Below, one piece after another: positions 1-6,757 of a stretch of 15,736 nt of DNA. Where the stretch lies: the NCBI GenBank assembly GCA_964583985.1, contig CAZOYD010000073.1:1-15736 (forward strand). The letters run 5' to 3'. The notes beneath the pieces are model-generated. The model saw only the letters and a list, made by a program, of their open reading frames with translations. It searched no databases and was not told the origin of the DNA. This DNA comes from an uncultured archaeon. Its GTDB lineage: Archaea; Asgardarchaeota; Lokiarchaeia; Sigyniarchaeales; SOKP01. Every line of letters starts with the position of its first letter. Positions within the stretch are counted from its first letter, which is position 1. A program made the translations under genes and the position numbers.

Positions 1-798
1 AGAGGATCAGATGCGGTTAACATGACAACCATCGCCTCGAAAGATGGAGATGCAATTGTTTATAATGGAGAAAAAGTATATACGACTAATGGCCCTAAAG
101 CAGATTATTTCTGTGCTTATGGAGTGCATAGTGCAGAAGATCCTAGAGGAACCATGGTTCAAGCGATGATCAAGAGAGAATTTGGAGTAAAAACCGAACG
201 TTTGAAAATAAACTCTGTACCGCGAGTTCACATTGCACATACCTTTTTTAAAGACGTAAAAATTCCCAAGGAATATATCCTCGCGGATAATGGTCAAGGC
301 TATGTAAGACTTTTCGAAGGTTTGGTTCCAGAAAGACTGGGGATTATGGGTTCTGGCATAGGGATCTGCTGGAGTGGGTTGATATATGGGATTATCTATA
401 CGAATATGAGAAAGCAATTTGGGAAACCTGTGGTTAGATATCAAGGAGTTGGTTATGGATTAGCAGATTTACTTACTAAATCAACAGCTGCTACGAGTTT
501 GGCATTACAAGCAGCAACGATTTACGATGATAAAATATTATTTGCTGATAAACCCTCAAAGGAAGCAGAAAAATGGGTCGCTGGAATTTCCTCTCAAGGG
601 AAATATTATACTGCAAAACTGACTCATGAGATCTGCTATGAAGTTCAACAACACATGGGTGGAGTCTCCGTAACTGATAATACACACGTAGATGAGCTTA
701 CAGATGTGAGTAAAATTGAAGAAGTTATCGGTGGATCTAGAAATATACAACTTCTCCTAATTCAGTCTCAAATTCAAAGATATATTGGTCTAATTTAA
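1..798 (+). CDS. Acyl-CoA dehydrogenase, 5'-truncated by the window edge
   Basis: Frame 1 is open from base 1 (RGSDAVNM..., tail of the EPxxGSD motif), so ATG 22 is internal. Other motifs: NGEKVYTTNG, F.DVKIP, L..ERL, RKQFGKPV..YQ and EVQQHMGG. Confidence 0.93.
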   Translation, partial: RGSDAVNMTTIASKDGDAIVYNGEKVYTTNGPKADYFCAYGVHSAEDPRGTMVQAMIKREFGVKTERLKINSVPRVHIAHTFFKDVKIPKEYILADNGQGYVRLFEGLVPERLGIMGSGIGICWSGLIYGIIYTNMRKQFGKPVVRYQGVGYGLADLLTKSTAATSLALQAATIYDDKILFADKPSKEAEKWVAGISSQGKYYTAKLTHEICYEVQQHMGGVSVTDNTHVDELTDVSKIEEVIGGSRNIQLLLIQSQIQRYIGLI

Positions 799-808
799 AA
801 AATCTCAA

Positions 809-833
809 TTTTTTAATTTTTTTTACTCTTTTT
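809..833 (+). terminator. Oligo-T tract, probable archaeal terminator
   Basis: Consecutive T runs begin about 10 nt after the TAA at 798. Confidence 0.5.
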
Positions 834-952
834 CATATAAGGTTTAGATAGAATGCCCAAAAATCAATTCCAACACAATAAACTTTATGCAATTAATTTA
901 AGTTAAATTTGATTAACATTTACATAAAAAATCTTTAAACAAAATCTTACTA

Positions 953-1117
953 ATGAATGATGAAATCAACCTCATAATTATCCTCTTCGGTTTTTTGCTG
1001 TTTAATTTTTTTGGAATAATAATGTTAATCAAAACTGTTAATATACTAAGAGAGTGGAAAAACCTATTTCATTTTAAATTTTTTAAAAAGAATAAGCATA
1101 ATCAAGAATTTGAATGA
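953..1117 (+). CDS. Putative 54-aa single-pass membrane protein (not in the ORF track)
   Basis: ATG 953 to TGA 1117 gives MNDEINLIIILFGFLLFNFFGIIMLIKTVNILREWKNLFHFKFFKKNKHNQEFE: acidic N-terminus, about 20 hydrophobic residues, then a basic tail. It occupies an otherwise empty 372-bp gap. Confidence 0.45.
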   Translation: MNDEINLIIILFGFLLFNFFGIIMLIKTVNILREWKNLFHFKFFKKNKHNQEFE

Positions 1118-1170
1118 TTTATTGTCCTTTTAAAGATTCACTTAATTCAGGGTTAAATCTTATCATGTCA

Positions 1171-1932
1171 TTAAAGAAATAAAACCATCACAGAAGTAAT
1201 AATTGTTTTTAGACTGATCCCGATTAGAAAGCAAAAAATTAAAATTTGGAATGTTTTGACAGGAATTTTTGGAGTTAGCTTATGTCCAAGCTTGATACCA
1301 AGAAATATTACTGGAAAGCCTAATAGAAATAATATGGCTAAATCATATGGGAATATATCCGTTAAAAAATATAATGGTGTTCTTGCGACTGAAAGCGTAA
1401 ATGCAATAATCGCGAAATTTTCTATAAAATTCTCTCTATAATGCCCTGTTTTTTCAAGCATCGCTACATTTACTGGTCCTGCAGCACTTATTAATGAAGT
1501 TAATAATCCATAGGTAAATCCACCAGCCAATATTAAAGGAGAGGTAGTATTTAACTGTTTGATAGCATCAACTTTTTCACTTTTTCTGACATAATGATAT
1601 AATTTTTGGACAGAATATCCAAATATAAATATCCCAAGCATTAAATCTATCCATTCCAATCCGATTTCAATGAATAAAAAAGTCCCAAAGATTGTAGCAG
1701 GAATCCCTAAGGAAATAAATCGGAAAAAATACCCCCTATCTAAAAATTGGCGGTATTTAACAAAATTGAGAAAGGAAGTAAGAAGACCCCACAAATTAAC
1801 AAGAATTACTGCATTCTTAATTCCAATTAGTGGAGTAATTATAGGGAGTAAGACTAGAGCATCTCCAAATCCAATTACCCCATAAACCATGCTCGAAAAG
1901 AAAATGGCAATTAATGAGAGGTAGATAATCAT
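1171..1932 (-). CDS. Sulfite exporter TauE/SafE family membrane protein
   Basis: 253 aa, polytopic. N-terminal G..GFG.ALVLLP, GIPATIFG, second-half GG..YG...S..GP and G..LG..L..KIP.K.F match the family pattern. Confidence 0.88.
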   Translation of the reverse strand: MIIYLSLIAIFFSSMVYGVIGFGDALVLLPIITPLIGIKNAVILVNLWGLLTSFLNFVKYRQFLDRGYFFRFISLGIPATIFGTFLFIEIGLEWIDLMLGIFIFGYSVQKLYHYVRKSEKVDAIKQLNTTSPLILAGGFTYGLLTSLISAAGPVNVAMLEKTGHYRENFIENFAIIAFTLSVARTPLYFLTDIFPYDLAILFLLGFPVIFLGIKLGHKLTPKIPVKTFQILIFCFLIGISLKTIITSVMVLFL

Positions 1933-2157
1933 ATTTTAAAATGTATTGTTTTGAAAAATTATAGACATTTATTATTGCATTAATTAATGTTTCATAATTA
2001 ATTTTCTACTTATCTAAGGCAATTTAACTACTTTCTAAAAAGGGGTCATTAATTTTTAATTATAATCTCCAAAAATATAAAAATGCCAATCAGAATCAAA
2101 TAATTATTAACAAAGTAAACTTTACGATGTATAACAAAAAAACAAGGAAACATTAAA

Positions 2158-3201
2158 CTGAAATCCAAACTAAAAAATATAAGTATCTTATTAATAGGAT
2201 TATTTTTAGCGTTATTTCTAGGTAATACGCTTAATTTCAACAAGGGAGTACAAACTGAGTTTAACATCCCGAAACAGTCAGCCGGTTACACTGAATCATT
2301 CATACATGTTGATGGTAATTGGACAGAGACAGCCTCTACCTATGATTGGTGTTACGGTGATGGTTCATGGAGCACACCTTATGTATTTGAAAACGTTTTT
2401 ATTAACGCGATTAGTTCACCTACGGGAAGTGGAATCTTGATAAATAACTCTTTAGACGTGTATTTTCGAATACAAAATTGTGCTATTATTAATGCCCCAG
2501 GAGGTGTTGTTGGTTATGGAGCAGGAATAGAATTGCAAAATTGCTCAAGAGGACTCATCTTTAATAACACTTGCACAGATAGTGGTGCGAGTGGAAATGG
2601 TGTTTTATTAGGGGGTTATAATTGTTATAATATTACGATTGAAAGAAATGTGGTTAAATCTTCCGTACGTCATGGAATCTTAAGCTATGGGGGAAATGAA
2701 ATTTACATCATTAATAATACCGTTTCCGATTGCTATTACATTAACCTTTTATGCTTCTGATATACTGGGAAATATTGAATCTGCTGAAGTAAATTTCGTA
2801 AAAGATACTACAGGGCCAATCATCGTTATCAATTCACCTTCTTCTGGAAGCGAATTTGGAGTTAGCGCCCCCGCTTTCATTATTACGATAACAGACGACC
2901 ATTTAGACTCTATATGGTATTCTCTTGATGGAGGTTTAACTACTCATGATATTACTACGAATGCTACCATTGACCAAACTGCATGGGCGGCTCTATCTGA
3001 AGGCTCAATAACTATTACTTTTTATGTGAATGATACGTTAAGACATGAAACATTTAATGATGTAATTATAACGAAAAGCGTCCCCCCGTTGGGGATGATC
3101 CAACTATTGTTATCGTTATTGTTGTTGTTTCTATAGTCGGCGGAGTTGCAGTATTAGCAGGTGTCTATCTATTCATAAAAAAACGTGGAATAACAGAATA
3201 A
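2158..3201 (+). pseudogene. Disrupted cell-surface protein: signal peptide, NosD/PbH1-type beta-helix repeats, Ig-like domains and C-terminal TM anchor, with two frameshifts
   Basis: Frame 1 from CTG 2158 reads KSKLKNISILLIGLFLALFLG...IHVDGNW...WCYGDGSWSTPYVFENVFIN, then beta-helix repeats (GIELQNC, I.NNT), stopping at 2760. The Ig-like part (ITLTFYASDILGN...DTTGP...WYSLDGG) is in frame 2 from about 2735. The anchor PVGDDPTIVIVIVVVSIVGGVAVLAGVYLFIKKRGITE* is back in frame 1 after the C6 run at 3082-3087 and ends at 3201. Confidence 0.82.
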
Positions 3202-3219
3202 CTTTATAAACATTAATTA

Positions 3220-3240
3220 TTTTTATTTTTTTCTTTTCTT
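3220..3240 (+). terminator. Oligo-T tract, probable terminator
   Basis: The T-rich run follows the frame-1 stop at 3201, which supports 3201 rather than 3136 as the original gene end. Confidence 0.5.
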
Positions 3241-3290
3241 ATAAGAAGCTCATGAGGAAAATTAATAAGTTCAATTTGGTATTATCACTT

Positions 3291-3327
3291 TAGAAAAGAA
3301 GTACTTTAAAAAAGTTAAACTTAGGAG
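3291..3327 (+). promoter_or_regulatory. Candidate BRE/TATA promoter of the antitoxin-toxin pair
   Basis: Purine-rich AGAAAAGAAG is followed by TTTAAAAA (3305-3312), about 30 nt upstream of TTG 3342. AGGAG lies at 3323-3327. Confidence 0.35.
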
Positions 3328-3341
3328 CGATTCTCTAAACC

Positions 3342-3599
3342 TTGGAAGAACTAACAGACGAAAATTTTAGGAAAATCATTCGAAACTTCAAAGGCAGAAT
3401 GGAGCTTATGAATAAAACACCAATCAGAGATAGAGTTAACATTTTTTTTGAGTTATGTGACTTTGGCATAAATAGTTATATTAAAACTGAAAAAGAGAGG
3501 TTCCCCAATAAATCAATTAAAGAAATTATTCTAGAAATGCATAAATTTCATGATAAAATGAGAACATTAGGGAGAAAAAAAGATGGAAACAAATTATAA
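3342..3599 (+). CDS. Small helical protein, putative MenA1 (Rv0078B)-like antitoxin
   Basis: 85 aa with a TTG start. It overlaps the downstream nucleotidyltransferase by 17 nt. The pattern TPxxRxxxFFELxDFG-x12-PNxSxxEI resembles small partners of such NTases. Confidence 0.65.
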   Translation: MEELTDENFRKIIRNFKGRMELMNKTPIRDRVNIFFELCDFGINSYIKTEKERFPNKSIKEIILEMHKFHDKMRTLGRKKDGNKL

Positions 3600-4212
3600 A
3601 AATGCGTTTATTCAATTAATTAATTTTCTTGAGACATTTGAGAAAGAAAAGGGTATGAATTATTATTTAGTTGGTGGAATTCTAACTAGTATTTACTCTG
3701 ACGCAAGGTCCACAACCGATATTGATTTTGTAGTGGATTTATTTTCAGTAAATCTTACTATTGCTAATTATATTTCGCTACTGCAACAAAATGAGTTTTT
3801 TCCTTTTCAAGATTGGACTACTACTATTGATCTAGCTGAAAAAACAAAAATGATTCAATTTTTAGATAAACAAGAAAGAATTAAACTAGATAATTATATT
3901 ATTGACAAGGATAATAAAAGTAAATACAAAAGAATAGGCCCTATAGCCCTAGAACGGAGGGTCAGAATTAAATTTGCCGATATTGAATGTTGGGCAGCCT
4001 CTAAAGAGGATTTTATTCTATCAAAATTAGTTTTTGGAGGGTGGCAAGACTATTCTGACGCTTTAGCATGTTGGATCAGGTTTAATGATATTTTAGACGT
4101 TCGATATTTAGAAAAATTTAGTAAAGAATTAGGAATCCAAAAAGAATTTAAGCTGCTGAAATCTGGAATTGACGATCCAGACGATTATTTTAAACAAATT
4201 AATGGATACTAA
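3583..4212 (+). CDS. Pol-beta superfamily nucleotidyltransferase (AbiEii/DUF1814/DUF6036 clan, MenT-like), putative toxin
   Basis: LVGG-x3-S-x5-RSTTDIDF (G31-G32, D46-x-D48), KLD strand, and C-terminal EDFILSK148 with QD156xxD159. Confidence 0.82.
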   Translation: METNYKNAFIQLINFLETFEKEKGMNYYLVGGILTSIYSDARSTTDIDFVVDLFSVNLTIANYISLLQQNEFFPFQDWTTTIDLAEKTKMIQFLDKQERIKLDNYIIDKDNKSKYKRIGPIALERRVRIKFADIECWAASKEDFILSKLVFGGWQDYSDALACWIRFNDILDVRYLEKFSKELGIQKEFKLLKSGIDDPDDYFKQINGY

Positions 4213-4360
4213 TTAAAATTCATTTCAAACATATTTTTCATTCTATTTTAAGGTAATCACATGGAAAATTGATATAATTGATTTTTGAATCCTCATCAAA
4301 TTTGGTTCTAAGTTCTATACATGAAGAAATACTTCATAGTTAATTGTTTTTAAATTGGTT

Positions 4361-5098
4361 CTAAATTTCATCTAAACTCCTTTGAGGATTTGTCTCTTTT
4401 ATTCCAAACAAGATTTCCTTATTTTTTTGTACGAACTTCCATCCATAGCCCGAGAGTTTTGATAATGGTCCTTCTATGCCTTTCGGGTTTCCCGTTTTAG
4501 TAAAAATTACTTTAGTATTTCGAATTGCTTTTAAAACGTTATAAGGCGTTTTATAATGCTCGATCAATTCTTTTGCTTTCTTTGGACCACTGTCAATTAG
4601 CCCTTCTATTATGAAAGCTCTTCTATCCTCAATGCTCATGCTTTTTGGGGCTTTTCTTGACAAAATAGTATCAATCCCTTTTGATTGTTCGCGAAATGCA
4701 ATCCTTTCAATAGCAATAACCGTATCATGCAAACTTCTAGTAGGAACGACCGAAATTCCCATGACATATGAAACTTTACAAAGAGCTCCGTATATGGAAT
4801 TAATTTGCATGCCCGTATTTTCAAAGACATTATCATTTAATCCTTCCAAGATTAGAATGGGTTTCGCGTAAGTTTCTTTTAACCGCATCATTTGTTCAAA
4901 TAGCCGATTATCCATGATAGAGGATACGAAATCGGAACCTTCTTTACGTTCGATGGCTACATCATCGCTGATTATAATATCTGCGATATCTAATTGTTCT
5001 ACCGTGTAATTAAGTATATCCTTTTTTTCATCCAAAATTTTCATTAATTTCCTTTCACGGGTATCAATAATAATATTTAGCATGTTAGACTGATTCAT
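4361..5098 (-). CDS. xpf: Short XPF/ERCC4-family structure-specific endonuclease with HhH motifs
   Basis: IIDTRE, L.IADIII, the ERKxxxD signature (ERKEGSDF), SI.D.RLFEQ, LILEG, and HhH-like GPKKAKELIEHY and LSGYGWK. Confidence 0.92.
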   Translation of the reverse strand: MNQSNMLNIIIDTRERKLMKILDEKKDILNYTVEQLDIADIIISDDVAIERKEGSDFVSSIMDNRLFEQMMRLKETYAKPILILEGLNDNVFENTGMQINSIYGALCKVSYVMGISVVPTRSLHDTVIAIERIAFREQSKGIDTILSRKAPKSMSIEDRRAFIIEGLIDSGPKKAKELIEHYKTPYNVLKAIRNTKVIFTKTGNPKGIEGPLSKLSGYGWKFVQKNKEILFGIKETNPQRSLDEI

Positions 5099-5184
5099 GT
5101 GAAATCACTTACTATTAAGTTCTAAAAGATGTTAAATAACTAATTTTAAATTTATTTAAATAAAAATTTAATATTCAGATAAAA

Positions 5185-5697
5185 CTATTTCTGTATTTTT
5201 TGATGCACATTACTTTCTTTTAAAAAATTAAATATCTTTCTTATTCCAAATAGTTTATGATGAATTATAATTGTAATCAAAATAAGAATCCCTAAAGCTT
5301 CGGTGATTTGTACAATTGGATCATTCAACATTGTATATAACCAATCACCGAATGGATCATCATGGTAAATGAATTGGTAATTGATAAATGGAAAAAATAA
5401 TGGGATTTCGGGAAGATCTAATAATAGATGAAAGAGAATACCAATAGCCAATGAGTTTGGTATGATGGTTTTTCCTCTGAATATCACTAATATACTTATG
5501 TAGAAAATTGCTACAAATACAAGAGTATGAGAAATTCCACGTCCTGAACCAATTCCTAAAAACATTAATGACTTGTCTATTAGATCAGGCAGAAGAGATC
5601 CAATAATTATTGCCAAGCGATTAAAATTATAATTGTTTTTAATATATGGAATTTCACATACCAGTAAAGGTACTGCAATATGAAATATTAGAAAAAT
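5185..5697 (-). CDS. Membrane-bound metal-dependent hydrolase (YbcI/YdjM, DUF457-like); start extended beyond the track's TTG 5616
   Basis: GSLLPDLID, RGISHTL and HLLLD motifs. The frame stays open upstream through IFLIFHIAVPLL, which supplies the family's N-terminal His. ATT 5697 lies 6 nt after GAGGGG. The start position is uncertain. Confidence 0.8.
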   Translation of the reverse strand: MFLIFHIAVPLLVCEIPYIKNNYNFNRLAIIIGSLLPDLIDKSLMFLGIGSGRGISHTLVFVAIFYISILVIFRGKTIIPNSLAIGILFHLLLDLPEIPLFFPFINYQFIYHDDPFGDWLYTMLNDPIVQITEALGILILITIIIHHKLFGIRKIFNFLKESNVHQKIQK

Positions 5698-5708
5698 AAA
5701 TATCCCCT

Positions 5709-5864
5709 CTAGTTCAAACCATAGAATAATTGAATTATCTGGATAATTTGAGGGAGAAAATAAATAAGAATTAACAATAATGCAAATTCTATCGAAAATT
5801 CAATAGCTTTTTTGACTAATTGAGAATAGGAAACGAATTTTTCTTCTGTAATAATATTCACCAA
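5709..5864 (-). CDS. Putative 50-51 aa membrane microprotein (not in the ORF track)
   Basis: TTG 5864 or GTG 5861 to TAG 5709 gives (L)VNIITEEKFVSYSQLVKKAIEFSIEFALLLILIYFLPQIIQIIQLFYGLN. It starts 6 nt after the aldolase stop, and its stop overlaps the hydrolase's GAGGGG. Confidence 0.55.
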   Translation of the reverse strand: MVNIITEEKFVSYSQLVKKAIEFSIEFALLLILIYFLPQIIQIIQLFYGLN

Positions 5865-5870
5865 TTTTTA

Positions 5871-6671
5871 TCATTCAAAGTTGAATTGCTTCATTACATC
5901 TTCTATGGAATAGTTTTCATGAACGATTTTAGAAAGAGCACTAACTAACATTGATGGATCCTTTGATTGAAACACATTTCTACCAAAAGCGACACCTGAT
6001 CCCCCTGCTTGAACAGAATCGGATACAACTTGGAGTAGTTCAGGAAGTGTTTCCATCTTAGGACCACCAGCAATTATAACGGGAACATTAACGCTTCGTA
6101 CAATATATTTAAAAGAATCAATATCACCAGTATAATTTGTTTTCACGATATCTGCTCCCAATTCGGCTCCTACTCTGACTGCAATGTTCACAACATCTGG
6201 ATCGTTTTCGTCTTCGATCTTTTTACCTCGCGGATACATCATTGCAATTAAGGGTACACCCCATTCTCTTGAAGCTTCTACTACTTTATGGGCATCTTGA
6301 AGCATTTCTGATTCATCATCTGCACCTATATTAATGTGGATTGAAACTGCATCAGCACCTAATTTTAAGGCTCTTTCAACGGAACATACCAATACTTTTT
6401 TGTTTGGATTAGGAGAAAGACTAGTAGCCCCTGATAAATGGACTATTAAACCGATATCTTTACCTTGTTGGCGATGACCAGCACCCACCATCCCAGAATG
6501 CATTAAAACGGCATCAGCACCTCCTAACGAAACTTTTTCTACCATTTCAGCCAAATCTTCTAAGCCCTTAATAGTTCCATCGGAAAATCCATGATCCATT
6601 GGTACGATGATTGTTCTTTTGCTTTTTCGGTTGATTATTCTTTCTATTCTTATTAATTTTCCCTGGTTCAG
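5871..6671 (-). CDS. DhnA-type class I aldolase, probably 2-amino-3,7-dideoxy-D-threo-hept-6-ulosonate synthase (AroA', MJ0400 family); proposed CTG start
   Basis: [39 protein letters not shown] (Schiff-base Lys), IAGGPK and GRNVFQ. The conserved N-terminus [12 protein letters not shown] lies in frame upstream of the track's ATG 6599. Confidence 0.88.
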   Translation of the reverse strand: MNQGKLIRIERIINRKSKRTIIVPMDHGFSDGTIKGLEDLAEMVEKVSLGGADAVLMHSGMVGAGHRQQGKDIGLIVHLSGATSLSPNPNKKVLVCSVERALKLGADAVSIHINIGADDESEMLQDAHKVVEASREWGVPLIAMMYPRGKKIEDENDPDVVNIAVRVGAELGADIVKTNYTGDIDSFKYIVRSVNVPVIIAGGPKMETLPELLQVVSDSVQAGGSGVAFGRNVFQSKDPSMLVSALSKIVHENYSIEDVMKQFNFE

Positions 6672-6677
6672 AACATG

Positions 6678-6683
6678 TCACCT
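6678..6683 (-). promoter_or_regulatory. Shine-Dalgarno AGGTGA for the aldolase
   Basis: Archaeal SD core 6 nt upstream of the in-frame CTG at 6671. Confidence 0.6.
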
Positions 6684-6757
6684 GGTTTCTTAACTTTAAA
6701 TAATGATTAATTCAAAATTAATGAGAAATACCATATAAAATATACTATAATGCAGAA

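Noticed and set aside
7-750. Minus-strand ORFs 7-444, 491-685 and 556-750
   Set aside because: Antisense shadows of the acyl-CoA dehydrogenase with no recognisable motifs.
1978-1989. Perfect palindrome CATTAATTAATG in the divergent promoter region
   Set aside because: Almost all A/T, single copy and expected by chance at this composition.
2049-2267. 72-aa minus-strand hydrophobic ORF
   Set aside because: Antisense to the surface protein's signal-peptide region, with hydrophobicity explained by AT-rich codons.
2758-2760. TGA as selenocysteine readthrough (Lokiarchaeia have selenoproteins)
   Set aside because: Homology has already moved to frame 2 before this codon, there is no redox motif context, and no SECIS-like stem is evident.
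2437-3136. Two independent genes, as given in the ORF track
   Set aside because: The signal peptide lies upstream of 2437 and the TM anchor downstream in another frame, so both ORFs are fragments of one gene.
4321-4337. Hairpin ATGAAG-AAATA-CTTCAT between convergent genes
   Set aside because: A 6-bp AT-rich stem is too weak to call a terminator or element end.
3202-4360. Mobile element carrying the TA pair
   Set aside because: No transposase, integrase, terminal inverted repeats or target-site duplication is visible.
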